From the NCBI GenBank assembly GCA_951406725.2, contig OX597816.1:16492001-16556000 (forward strand): a stretch of DNA of 64,000 nucleotides, in the 5' to 3' direction. This document shows positions 13,038-26,400 of the stretch, piece after piece (position 1 is the first letter of the stretch; every line of letters begins with the position of its first letter). The translations under genes and the position numbers were made by a program. Source of the stretch: Octopus vulgaris. Lineage: Eukaryota. The notes beneath the pieces are model-generated. The model was not told the origin of the DNA and made no database searches. It was given only the letters and a program-made list of their open reading frames with translations.

Positions 13038-13074
<37 letters not shown>

Positions 13075-13184
13075 TTGTTATTAATTTAGCCTGTACAGCT
13101 GGTATAAGTTGCCAATAGTGATGGTATTTTGATAGTACTATCACTTTCATATTTAATTATATATATATATATATAAATGTGGAA

Positions 13185-14653
13185 GCAAGGATTAGAATTG
13201 AAGGGCCTTAGAGTCAACCTAGTTAAAACCAAAGTCTTAATAAGTAGGGAGGCAGACAAACCACAAATCCCTTCAGGTAGATGGTCCTGCTCGATTGGTA
13301 GAAAAAGGTGAAGGTAGAAACTCCATAAGATGTACCCAGTGTAAGCTATGGACACATAAGCGGTGCAGCAATATCAAAGGAAGGCTAACTGGGAAGATAG
13401 TTTTTATATGCAGCAAATGCTCAGAAGCAATAAACACTAAAAATGTGCACAGAACAGCTTCTGTCACATTTCAGGGTGAAAAACTAAAGTAGTTGATAGC
13501 TTCTGTTACCTAGGTGACCAAGTCAGTAACGGGAGGTGGATGCTCTGAAAGTGTAGCTGCTAGAATAAGAATAGCCTGGGCAAAGTTCAGAGAACCCCTA
13601 CCTCTGCTGGTGACAAAGGGTCTCTCGCTCAGAATAAAAGGTAGACTGTATGACACGTGTGTACAAACAGCCATGCTACATGGCAATGAAACATGGGCTG
13701 TGACTGCTGAGGACATGTGTAAGTTTGCAAGGAATGAAGCCTGTATGCTTCACTGGATGTGTAATGTCTGTGCATACACGACAGAGTGTAAGTGCCCTGA
13801 GAGAAAAGCTGGACTTGAGAAGCATCAGATGTGGTGTGCAAGAGAGATGACTGTGCTGGTATGGTCGTGTGTTGCAAATGGATGAGGACAGCTGTGTGAA
13901 AAAGTGTCACACCCTAGCAGTTGAGGGAACCTGTAGAAGAGGTAGACCCATGAAGACCTGGGATGAAGTGGTGAAGCACAACCTTCGAACATTGGGCCTC
14001 ACTCAATGACTAGTGACAGAGACCTTTGGAGATATGCTGTGCTTGAGAAGACCCAGCAAGCCAAGTGAGACCATAACCCATGGCCTATGCCAGTGGTGTA
14101 TAACCAGCCCACTTATGGGTATCCCTCACTCATTGGACAATAAACTTTGCTTGTGAGGACCTGTTGAGGTAAGTGATATCAAAATCGCTGACATGGCTGA
14201 TGACAGTACTGCCAAATTGGCACCTGTGCCAGTGGAACATTAAAAGCACCCTCTGAATGTGATTGTTGCCAGAGCCACTGACACATAAAGAGCACCATCT
14301 GAGTGTGATCGTTGCCAGCGTTACCTTACTGGCACATGTACCGGTGGCATGTGAAAAACAACATTCGAGTGTGGTCGTTGCCAGTGCTGCCAGACTGGCT
14401 CCTGTGCTGGTGGCATGTAAAAAAGCACCATTTGAGCATGGTTATTGCCAGTACTGCCTGAATAGCCCTTGTTCCAGTGGCATGTAAAAGCACCCACTAC
14501 ACTCTTGGAGTGGTTGGCTTTAGAAAGGGCAGCCATCTGTAGAAACTTTGCCTGATCAGATTGGAGCCCAGTGCAGCCATCTGGTTTGCCAGTCCTCAAA
14601 CCATCCAACCCATGCCAACATGGAAAGTGGACGTTAAACAACGATGATGATGA
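13185..14653 (+). mobile_element. 5'-truncated, frameshifted RTE-clade LINE: RT C-terminal part with a PHD-like finger, 3'UTR minisatellite, (GAT)n tail
   Basis: Peptides GLRVNLVKTKVL, CTQCKLWTHKRC..CSKC, VDSFCYLGD, ARIRIAWAKF, KGRLYDTCV..AMLHG.ETW, GRP.KTWDEVV. Confidence 0.88.
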
Positions 14654-14666
14654 TACATAGATTATA

Positions 14667-14787
14667 CTAGGTTGAGGAAAAAGTTTGGGTACTGTGTTAA
14701 GCATTATTTTAACATGGCATTATTTTAAAAGTAATGCTGTGTTAAAATAATGCTTAACACGGCACACAAACTTTTTCCTCAACCTAA
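14667..14787. mobile_element. Palindromic mariner-type MITE (MADE1-like ends)
   Basis: (c)taggttgaggaaaaagttt...aaactttttcctcaacctaa flanked by TA; nearly all stem. Confidence 0.75.
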
Positions 14788-15002
14788 TATTATAGATTTG
14801 TATACATATATGCCAGCATGTATGTATACATACATACATGCTTTGTATCAGTGTATTTTCTCTGAAGGCAAAGGAATATTGTGAGAGAGAAAATTCCTCT
14901 TGGATATGAACTTTCTCATCAGCAAGAGAAAGATTCATAAATAAAAATCATTCTCCAGTTGCTTAATTATCCAATTATTTGTTAAGTATTTTTGATTTTT
15001 AG

Positions 15003-15357
15003 TACGTTTAAATATTTGTTGTGCAAGATTTTTTATGTGATGTCGTGTGTTGAAACAGATATTGTTATATTTCGGAATGGTCATTTTGCCAGTTTAGCCA
15101 ATAAAAACACACGCACTATATATTTGGTGTTATTTTGCTTCAGTGTTATTTATTTTTTACATTAATCTTAATCTTATTTCGGCCAGAGTTCTTTCGTCAC
15201 ACTCCTGTGACCGCATCAGTGGTCCTTTGTTTGGCCGAAATAAGATCAAGATTAATGTAAAAAATAAATAACACTGAAGCAAAATAACACCAAATATATA
15301 GTGCATGTGTTTTTATTGGCTAAACTGGCAAAATGACCATTCCGAAATATAACAATA
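15003..15357 (-). mobile_element. Penelope-like terminal repeat plus inverted partial copy, with a hammerhead-like motif at 15181-15225
   Basis: Arms about 15060-15185 and 15232-15357; minus strand reads GGACCA-CUGAUGC-G-GUCAC AGGAGU GUGAC-GAAA-GAAC-UC-UGGCC; near-identical second copy at 36512-36828. Confidence 0.6.
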
Positions 15358-15479
15358 TTTTTGTTATGGATTAAACTGAGGAAAATGGGGGCAACACCTG
15401 TGACCATATTGAAGGTCTTCTGAGGCTTGGGAGTGTAAGGAGTAAAGTTATCTCCAGTCCCCAAGCCTGGTCAGATTGC

Positions 15480-16000
15480 CTGTAATAGAGTGAACATGGC
15501 TATTATAGGCACCAAAGGGTCAGGTGATGGTAATGTTAAAGAGGGTAATGGATTAAGTCAACCACCTAATTAGTCTGAGAATGAAAGCAACACCTATAAC
15601 CTACTTATCTTCCTGACAGAGGAATTAAATAATCAGATGTTTGTACAATTGATACTGAGTGTAACTTAGTGTAGGTTTTTAGCTGAAGGCAAATTATAGG
15701 CAATGCGGGACTCTGAAAGGTTGTTTTAACGAGAGAGATGAAACAAAGTATTTAATAACGGCTCTGGAAGATGAGACAGTAGAGAGAGAGAAAGAAAGAG
15801 AAATGAAAGCATCAAATTGGTTTAGGTGACATGACAGAGAGTTATAAAGATCAAAAGAATAGAGACCATTGTAGTAGTGGAAGAATATTTAAAGAAAGGA
15901 AGCAACTTATAGGTGAATAGGATTTTAGAGCGGGTTCATGATCTATGAGTTTGTCTATTAGGTTTGTCTATGAAATGGATGCTTCATTGTATTACTACTA
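15480..16000 (-). mobile_element. Old decayed CR1/L2/Jockey-type LINE 3' remnant (related copy at about 24560-25110 on +)
   Basis: Shared actacaatggtctcta...tgtcatgtcacctaaac.aatttgatg; reads FHYYNGL, resembling the LINE ORF2 C-terminus. Confidence 0.45.
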
Positions 16001-17110
16001 TATTGTATTTGTTATTAGGTATAAGGTTTCAAATTTAAAAAGATGGGTGTGTTGTGATGTTCATATTTTCCCATTATTATTGGCAACATATTCAAAATGT
16101 AATTGTGGCAACTATGTTGTATGTCTAATGAGTTTATCAAGAGAATAATTTCCCAAATTTAAAACTGATTCTCCAAGGAAAAAAGTTCAAGTCTTAACCA
16201 AATTTTTAGTTAATATAGGTAAAAGAAACTAGCTCCAACTCGTCTTCCATCATTGAATTGGCTCACTAAGAACTTACCATTTAATATGTATCAATATTGG
16301 TACCTCTTATAGACTCAAAGAAACTGAAATTAAATTGCTTGACTTTCCATATGGGTAGATATGAAATATAAACATTAAATGAAGCATATATTTCATAGTT
16401 TATAATCTCATAAAACTGAACAAAAATTTTGTACATTTTTAGTTTCAAAAATGTATATATTTTTTTACTTGATGGATATTTTCATAAAAATAAAAATAGT
16501 AAAATTGGCAAAAGTAGTTAAACTGATTCCTAGTTCTTTCCAGACTCTTGCTTTAAAACGTTTGTTGAGAGATACACACAATTAATTTCTGGCATTTTCT
16601 TGATGGTTGAATATTATTGAATCTATTCGCTAGATGTTTTTTCATGCAGTAAAATATAATTTCATTTTTTTTTTCTCTCCACAAAATTATTACTAAAATG
16701 TTAAAAACTAATAAAATAACAATAAAACATAATCTTCTTAGATAATCTGTTGAATGAAATATTGAGAGAGAGGGAGAGAGATAAACTGATAAAAATGTTA
16801 TTTGAGAGATGAGGAAGAAATAGAAAACTACAAAGTGTAATTAGATATTTGACACACTGATTTAATAAATACACACCGTGATGGTTAGTGTTTTAACTTG
16901 AGATTCATTGTATGGATATTTAAAGAGTTTAACATTTACTTGAACAGCAAAAAACGTCTGCTAAATTCTTGCTGTAATCAGCTTAGTTTGAATACAAATA
17001 GTCACTGAATAAAAGAAATTTCTTGAAGAATTTGAACTGAATGGCGACTGCTTAAAATACAAACGATGTCAGTAAAAATGCAATACAGAAGGTTGTTGCT
17101 AATCACTCAC

Positions 17111-17231
17111 CATGTAACATAAATTCCATTATTGTGTAGATAGGCTCCCCTTGGGTGCATACTCCAAGTAACTGGACAATATTAGGATGGTTGAATCTTT
17201 TCATCATTTCTGCTTCACTCAAGAAATCAAG
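17111..17231 (-). CDS. VKR: VKR exon E: kinase subdomains III-V (absent from the ORF track)
   Basis: ccaaag acceptor and gtgagt donor; manual translation [40 protein letters not shown](G) gives the alphaC Glu and HPNIV motif; phases 0 and 1 fit. Confidence 0.95.
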
Positions 17232-18375
17232 CTTTGGAGGCAAAAATAAATTTTGTAAAACAAGATTAATCAATATATGATTTCCAATATAGTGAAGGAA
17301 TGTATGAAGAGAAGGTTAAAAATCAATCTTTATACGCAGAATGGTATGAGTAAGGAATTCAATAAAATATAAAAATTTGATTGAAGGGTTGACAACATCA
17401 ACAAGAACAACAACAACCACCAAGTCATTTGTAGGTGACTGTTTAACATCATTTTAAATAATGTCCTAGGAAAAAGAAAACAAAAAGTTTTTAAATTTCA
17501 TATTCAGATTTCCATGCTAGCATTAGTTGGGTAATACAGAAATCATAAATTTCTAATACAAGCTTAAAAGAAAATAATGGACACGATTCTTAATGCTGAT
17601 CTCAAACTATAACACAGATTCAATCTGTAATAGTTTATTATTCACTTGAATAATTATTTTAATGTTTTGTAAATCAGTTTTTGCAAGAGAAGATTGGCAT
17701 CGTAAAATTGATCAAAATAAACCAAGAGAATTAATAGCAATGTGTAGTATTATGGTTGGCTGTGTATGTGGGTGTGCTGGTGAAATAGGAGTAGCATACA
17801 GTAACTGAAAAGTCTTAACACAAAAATCAAGATGGAGTAGAGGAGAAAAGAGTAAAAAAAAAAAAATGGAATAAAAATAATTCTTTTTTGAATTTTAATT
17901 AATTGAAATTAGGGTAAACTATCTACACAGGAAAGCAATTAGGAGATACTTTAAAACAGAAACTGCAATTATGTAACTAGGCTGTTATCTGAAATTAAAT
18001 TACTTCCTTTGATATATATTTTGTCAATGATTTCTCAATGTACAGAGGTGTGGTGATTGAGGGGGTGGGCTGAATATTAAGACTCTACACAACAGAGAAA
18101 TTTATGATTTCACATCTTGCAATGAGACTTGGAGAAAGGAAAAGCACATAATTTGAACATTCCTGCATAAAAAAAAACGGTGAAAAACCCCAAAAACTAT
18201 CAGTTTATCAATTAGCTGTTGCTACTAAAGATCTTTTACAAGAGGAAAACTTTGCTATTAATTCATACGAATATCTTTGTATCTAACATGTTTGTCATGA
18301 ATAAACTTCTGAGAAATATACTGTCTATGACATCCAGTAAAAGCCTAAACAAATGAACTAATAAGCATTCTGATA

Positions 18376-18777
18376 CGTATTTCTTTATTGCCCACAAGGG
18401 GACAAACAAGGACAGGCAAAGAAATTAAGTTGATTACATCGACCCCAGTGCGTAACTGGTACTTTATTTATCGACCCTGAAAGGATGAAAGGCAAAGTTT
18501 ACCTCGGCGGAATTTGAACTCAGAATGTAATGGCAGACGAAATACCTATTTCTTTATTACCCACAAGGGGCTAAACACAGAGAGGACAAACAAGGACAGA
18601 CAAAGAGATTAAGTTGATTACATCGACCCCAGTGCATAACTGGTACTTTATTTATCGACCCTGAAAGGATGAAAGCAAAGTTGACCTCGGCGGAATTTGA
18701 ACTCAGAATGTAATGGCAGACGAAACACCGCTAAGCATTTCGTCCAGCACACTAACGTTTCTGCCAGCTTGCTGCCT
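18376..18777 (-). mobile_element. tRNA-derived SINE family B (Nin/Deu-like central domain), dimeric form with 17-bp TSD
   Basis: B box GAGTTCAAATTCC followed by tttcatcctttcagggtcgataaataaagtaccag; TSD taataagcattctgata at 18359-18375 and 18778-18794; monomers at about 21188-21419, 34266-34462, 39825-40057, 43271-43480, 54045-54260, 60255-60419. Confidence 0.85.
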
Positions 18778-18877
18778 TAATAAGCATTCTGATATAACTA
18801 CATCATATTATATATTGATGGATTTTCTTGTAAATGAGCACACTATCAGTTCTTCTTTTACATTAATTACTAAGACA

Positions 18878-19552
18878 TATGAAGTACATTAAAAAACTGC
18901 CTTCTTTATTTTCTCTCACCAAAACTAATGCCATGTGGGCAAAGTCTTTTGGGTGGGAAGTGACATTATCCTTCCTGTGCATGTACGGAGATTTTTACGT
19001 TTGTAGGTTGTGTCAGTTCCCAGCTGTTATGCCCAGAGTGCAGACATGTAGTGCGTGCTTGTTGGATTTTGATTTTCACCGAAAGCATCGAAGATATTTC
19101 ATTAGGTTTTGCCAAAGGCTTGGTGATACTCAAGCTCAAACCATCCAGAAGATTCAGCAGGCCTTTGGTGATTGAGCCATGGGCAAAACTCAGATCAAGG
19201 CGTGGTACAACTGCTTCAAACATGACCATACCTCAGTGAAGAGCAAGGCACACTCAGGTAGGCTATCCACAAACCAAAATGAGGAACGTATTGAAGAAGC
19301 TTGGCAAATAGTCATAGCAGACTGTCATGTAACAATCCAGAAAATTACTCATGAAATGGGAACAGGCACAGGATCAGTGCATTCCATTGGAGGATTTGTG
19401 TATGGGGAGAGCATTCGCAAAATTCATCCCCAAGTTGTTGGCAGAGCAGCAGAAGCAATTCCACATGGAAATCACTCTGATATGCTAGACTGTGAAAACT
19501 ATGACCCAGACTTCATGAAAACCATCATCATTGATGATTAGACATGGTTTAT
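18878..19552 (+). pseudogene. Decayed mariner transposase, N-terminal half
   Basis: RYFIRFCQRLGDTQAQTIQKIQQAFGD*AMGKTQIKAWYNCFK..SGR.ST, then AKFIPKLL (WVPHEL-like) and MKTIIIDD*TW (TGDETW-like); contains stops and frameshifts. Confidence 0.85.
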
Positions 19553-21736
19553 GATCTCTTCTTAATGCGTTCAGGCATCTTGCATGAAGACGAAAATCTG
19601 AAGGGCATCCAGCCGTAGAAACATTGCCAGATCAGACTGGGCCTGGTGCAGCCTTCTGGCTTCCCAGACCCCAGTTGCACCGTCCAACCCATGCCAGCAT
19701 GGAAAGCGGACGCTAAACGATGATGATGATGATGATGCATTACACATCCGTTCTCAAACCATAACAGCTGAGGACTGACATGGCCTACCAGTATGAAAAT
19801 TTTCACTCGTGCACAGGAAAGATGGTGTCACCTCCAATCGAAAGAATTTTGTCCATGTAGCATTAGTTTTGGCAGGAAAAAATAAGCTGGATACATTTTT
19901 AATGCACCTTGTTGTTAACAGTCACAAACATTACAATATGAATGATATTACACCATACTTCTCCCTCCCTCATTCTTTTCATAGAGGTTCTATTCACTCA
20001 CAAACAAACTTGAGAATGATGGTTTCCAAAACATGAAGCTACAGAATTTTTAAAGCCTATACAATGATGATGATGGTAGTGTTGATGATGATGATGATAG
20101 TGTTGATGAAAATGATAATTATAATGGTGATGATGGTGATGATGCCTTTCAGCCTTTCACAGAAAGTTCCCCAGCTTAATCCACAAATAGGAAAAAAAAA
20201 AAAAAAATGAAATCCTTTATAAAATATTCCATGCATTATTGGAAGAACCTCAGAATGTATAAAGGAGAAACAAGATGACATCTAAACATTATAAATGGAT
20301 ATTAGAAAGCCGTAATCAGAGGAGAACAATGAAGTCAGAAATGTAAAACATTTATGATAGGGAAACGGAAATTATATGCCACCATGAGATAAGTTTTTAT
20401 AATGGGAAAATAAAGGGGATAACACACACACACACAAGCCACTGAGAGTTCATTCAATAAAGCAAGTGCATGTTTCGGTATGAGAATTGAAACAGGGCAT
20501 GCAAATTATTATAATCCTTCATATGTCTCCTTTTAAAGCTCCATTTGTAGGTTTAGTGCAATTTGTATATGCATTTGAAAGATAGCTAATGCGGAATATA
20601 TTATTTAGTAAAAAAAATATATTCAGCATAGTAATATATAACTGAAATATGGATTTAGTTTAGGACCAGGGGTTAAAGGGTTCAAAACATTTCTTCATAT
20701 ATCTCTGAAATAACAACCAATCAACATGTTTAAAGCAAATTAGGTTTAAGTTGTTTCACAACTCAAATTCATGTGATGGATGTATAAACTGTAGTCTCCA
20801 CATTTTCTGTACCTAGGCTTCTAAGTATAGCGGTTCGGCAAAAGAGACCGATAGAATAAGTACTGGGCTTACAAAGAATAAGTCCCGGGGTCGATTTGCT
20901 CGACTAAAGGCGGTGCTCCAGCATGGCCGCAGTCAAATGACTGAAACAAGTAAATGAGTAAAGAGTAAATTCAGGTATATCAAATACCATACAACATAAA
21001 AAGATTTATTAAAATTATCTCTGCCTCAAGAGGATGTATCACAATTACCAAATGGCATCCGGTACCAGCTCCGTACAGAAAGAGGAAACTAACTAAAAAA
21101 TCAACGATCCTCCAAAGTTGATATTCTGTTAAAGAAAAGGACAGGTTATTTGCTTGGATATTAGAGGACAGTATAGACAAGTGCTTCTTATTTCTTTACT
21201 GCCCACAAGGGGCTACACACAGAGGGGACAAACAAGGACAGACAAACGGATTAAGTCGATTATATTGACCCCAGTGCGTAACTGGTACTTATTTAATCGA
21301 CCCCGAAAGGATGAAAGGCAAAGTCGACCTCAGCGGAATTTGAACTCAGAACATAGCGGCAGACGAAATACCATTAAGCATTTTGTCCAGCACGCTAATG
21401 ATTCTGCTAGCTCACTGCCTTTTGTGAGCCAAATACCCTGACCATTAAGCCATACACCCCAAATGTTAACAAGTGAAAGCAAAAATTATATTAGTTATTG
21501 TCACATTTTGAAATCCATCAATTGTTACTCTTTACTCTTTTATTTGTTTCAGTCATTTGACTGCGGCCATGCTTGAGCACCGCCTTTAATTGAGCAACTC
21601 GACCCCGGGACTTATTCTTTTGTAAGCCCAGTACTTATTCTATCAGTCTCTTTTGCCGAACCGCTAAGTAACGGGGACATAAACACACCAGCATCGGTTG
21701 TCAAGCAATGCTAGGGGGACAAACACAGACACACAA

Positions 21737-21767
<31 letters not shown>

Positions 21768-23056
21768 CACATATATACGACGGGCTTCTTTCAGTTTCCG
21801 TCTACCAAATTCACTCACAAGGCTTTGGTCGGCCCGAGGCTATAGTAGAAGATACTTGCCCAAGGTGCCATGCAGTGGGACTGAACCTGGAACCATGTGG
21901 TTGATAAACAAGCTACTTACCACACAGCCACTCCTACGCCTGTTACGTAACGAATTTAATACTAGTTATCTATGACTGCTTAAATATTAACCCCGCATTT
22001 TCAATGGTTTGAATACATACCCATCACCCATAACTTCAGCTGAGTATGGTTCATTTTAAGTAGAAGTTTAATTACTGTGAAAATTGACAAAGATATATTG
22101 TTTGCCATGAAGACAAAATGAATAAATTATTGTGAAATGAAATACAATGTATTTGTATTGACTTGTTAATATATTGAGGGAAATAAGTTCAAAATGACAT
22201 TGGAGATTTAACCTGTGGCAGCAAAAATTAAAAAAAAGCAGGAAATGTTACGTTATTACAGTTAGAGGTTATTGAATAATGAATATTAAATAGAGTGGTA
22301 AAGGAAATATCTCATCTGAAATTAACAGAAATCTTAGTTGGCAAGGTTAACTGTTGTGTAGTAAAGGTAATTATGAAATAAAGATAAAGTAAAGCAGTAC
22401 AATAGGAATATTTGTGGTGTTGAAAACCTCAAACTATGTAGGTGCTGTGCTAATTATTATTTGCGTTTAATCATGTCGTTTTCAGTTAGCTGCAGGCAAG
22501 CCCTGATACAGCTTGCCTATGACCACCCTTTCTTTGTTGCATAATTTGTCATTTTTTTAAGATAGTAGTAAGCAAATTAGAGGAAATTTGGCTGCTATTT
22601 CCAGCATGTTGATTGATCATTTAGAGGGTCCTGTGTTAGTATTACTTAAATAGGAGAGCAAAATGTTGCCACTTGCAATAGATAGCACAGCAGTATCTCG
22701 AATAAGGAGTAGATACAACCTCTTGTAGATTCACAGAAAAAGAAGGCTGGCAAAAACGACAGATGTACAGGAGAGGAGAGTTAGCATTAGAAGCCCCCTT
22801 AAAACACAGTGCTTAAATTAATTAAACAAATCTCTAAATTTAATTAAGAGTGCTTGCTATTTAGGTACTGTATGTAGTTACTGGAAAAATCAGTTGCTGG
22901 AGCAAGGAATTGAAGAAATTCAGCAGACAGTTGCCTTAGTTGGCAACAAAGAGTAAAAATGAGAACTTTGAACAAAACTCAGACTAGATGATGCTTATAT
23001 GAGCAATATTAAAAGAAGATCTAAAGGAGCTGAAGACGGAAGCATAATGCTAACTT

Positions 23057-23480
23057 GGGATCTTTTCGGTTTGAACGGCAGTTTTTAACATAATTTCTAG
23101 GTAACTAAAAAATTTTAAACTTCGTATACTGGTAGAATGTGTTTATAAAACATCTTTTTCTCTTGGCTTTATTGAGAAAATTCTATGGTTTGTAAGATAT
23201 TTGTTGTTTTTCTTCAATTTCTGCAATTTCAACCAATCAATGATGTCCATTGAGGTAAAAAAAACATTCCGTGCCATATGAATATGTCCCTCGTTTAAGA
23301 AACAGATTAGGTTTATTTACATTTGTGAAGAAAAAAAGATACCCTTCCTCCCACATCTAACCCCAACCAACCCTAACCCAGATTGAAATGCAATAGATCG
23401 ATACTAGGGTCATAATTATGGGTGATAATTTTTCATATGACACTGCTAGAAAAAACTGCCGTTCAAACCGAAAAGATCCC
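23057..23480. mobile_element. Non-autonomous DNA transposon, 30-bp perfect TIR, 6-bp TSD TAACTT
   Basis: gggatcttttcggtttgaacggcagttttt / aaaaactgccgttcaaaccgaaaagatccc; taactt at 23051-23056 and 23481-23486. Confidence 0.9.
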
Positions 23481-26400
23481 TAACTTGTATGAAAGGTGTA
23501 GCAAAATTAAGATCAACATTAATGGCATTGGTTAATGTATGACTAAGAGAGAACTGCACTGGTGAAGAAAATTTAGGAAGAAGTGGGTTAAGTGAAAAAA
23601 GTGATGAGTGTTATCAGAGAACATCTGTGGCAGATGAAGGCTACAAAAGATTTGGAAAGAGGTGGTGAGGTTAACTTGCAGAATGCTGGGCTTTATAGAT
23701 GAAAAGATATACTGAGTGGAATTGTACTGATAGCAGATCTGTCTAAATCATGTCAGCTTTGATAAATGAACATGAAAACATTGATGATGTTCATTATTGT
23801 TGTATAATAATAACAACATTGTGTACTGGTCTTATGAATAAAGGACAGTAAATTCTTACCTAAAGTTATGAAAATATTTACAACTTAAAAAGCATTGTAA
23901 AGACATACTGTTTTACACCGCCTTTAGTTGAGCAAATCGACCCCAGGACTTATTCTTTGTAAGCCTAGTACTTATCTCTTTTGCCGAACCACTAAGTTAT
24001 GGGGACGTAAACACACCAGCATCGGTTGTCAAGCAATGCTGGGGGGACAAACATATGCACACACATACATACATATATATATATATATATATTAGCCTGT
24101 ATGGCTAATAATTCGCTTACCACTTGTGATGGTATTTTAATAATACCATCCCTATATTTATATATCTATATATATATATATACACACACACATACATACG
24201 ACAGGCTTCTTTCAGTTTCCGTCTACTAAATCCATTCACTTCAATGTAATTTTGCTTGTTTCCTTTTTTTACTTTCTTGGCCCAAGGCTATAGTAGAAGA
24301 CACTTGCCCAAGGTGCCACGCAGTGGGACTGAACCTAGAACCATGTAGTTGGTAAGCAAGCTACTTACCACACAGCCACTCCTGTGCCTATATATAATAG
24401 TTCTGTAGATTCATTAACAGCCTTGAAACCCTTAAGAATTCAACAGCAAAATACTGTTACTTCATGTCGAAAGAAACAAAACCATCATACTGCTTCTTTT
24501 CTACTGGAAAGTGTAACCCAGCAGTTTCTGGTATTTTACATGTGCAAACATTGTATTCTCCATATATATTTTCTCTCAGTATCAAAGTCTCTGTATCTGG
24601 TAAGCATTTAAAAGCACAAATTACAAACTACACTTGAATATTGTTCACACAGTGTCTATTACCTAATAAAGCCATCATGGCATCTAAAAGGAAGTCTCTC
24701 GTTTGATAGTCCAACTCACAATAATTAAACCACTGCAAAATCTTCCTCACTTTGAAGCTGTTACATTTCTTGAAATCATCCACGACTACAATGGTCTCTA
24801 ATTATCTAAGCTTTATAGCTAAACCTATGTCATGTCACCTAAACGAATTTGATGTGTTCTCTTCTATCCCTCTCATTACTTCTACACTCTCTCTTATCTT
24901 ACAGAGTCATCCCTAAATACTTTGGCTAATTCTTTCTCATTAAAACTACAACCTTTCACAGTCCCCTAATACCCATAATTACCCTTCATCTGTAAACCGG
25001 GAACAATTTCTTCCCGATATTGATTGCACAGACATCATCCGTTTAACTTAATCCCTCCATTTGAGAAAGAAATACATAGATTGTAGGCTTTGCTCTCTTT
25101 CTCTGACTAACGCTAGTAACAATGATCGCTTGTGAACTTATATTGCCGCATTTATTATATTGCCGAAGGATTTCTGTACATAAATGTTCTCTTGCTTCCA
25201 TGAAAGTCAATAACTAAAAGGAATTTTCCTTTTGCTAATCTTCTTTTGTTTATTGGAGATAAAAACACACTTGTTCATAGTATATATTCTTTACAATTTT
25301 GTTAATGCTTAGGGGACCAGTTTGTTTTCTAGCTTTGCTATATATATATATATATATTTATTCCCATATATCATGAAACTAACGACTTACAACCATTTAA
25401 TTTAAGTATCAATAATCTGGGTTTTATTCTAGATACTTTCTCTTTGAAATCTCAAACTTGTTTACTGTTGCAACGAACAAAAATAAAAGCTAATAAATTA
25501 GCACATACTGTCGCCACAGTGGCTGCGGTCATTAGAATTATCATAATAATGCATCAGTCATATGCATGGAAGAACATAACTAGATCTATTTGGTAAAATG
25601 TCGTCAATAAAATAAATTGAAAAAAAAAAAAAAAAGTCATTGAACTTTTTATGTAATTACGTGTTGTTTTTTGGCTATCAGGGTAATTACTTTTGACAAC
25701 ACAAAGGAATTTTAATAAATGTAATGGACAAAGTTATGATTTTATTTGTACTGGTCGAAGCACAAATGTTTTTTTTTGTTTTTTGTTTTTTACGTTTTCT
25801 ATTACTTCTCCAATTCCAAAATGATTCATTGTTTAAAAGTACAGAATGGTTTTAGCTTAGGAAATCTGATTTGCAATTAAAACAAACAGTCACTTACTGA
25901 CTGCTATAGTTTTTGTTCTGCCCTTTCCTCACCTCTTGCCCTTTCTTTCACACACACACACAAACATACACACACTTGTTTGATCTCTAACATTTATTGA
26001 ATATAGGAGAAAAACAAATGTTGAAAAATTAAGACAACAGACAGTCAAGTTACAGGTGAAATGCTAATGTCAGATGCCATTTAAAACTGTAAATAAGAAC
26101 ACAGAATGAAGAATAAGGCTTTTAAAAAAAAAACAAAAAACTCAATTAAAGTTGAAGCCTTTAATTTAAAATAAACATTGATTGTGATAAATTTCAAAAC
26201 AATTGTATTTCCATGAAAGAAATACTTTGTTCAGTTTTAATGCAAGGAATACTTGATATAATATTTACAATTCAGAAGGAAAAATATTGTGTAATTTTTG
26301 TAGGGAAAAACCTTAAAAAAAAAAAAAGTCCAAACCAAAATAAATTTACTCTGTATTGTGCTGTTGATAAAAAATGTTTAAATGGCAGTATTTAGTATGT

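Noticed and set aside
14890-14925. CUGAUGA plus hairpin on the minus strand
   Set aside because: No GAAA after the stem; similar isolated CUGAUGA hits near 35895 and 58640 also lack the full fold.
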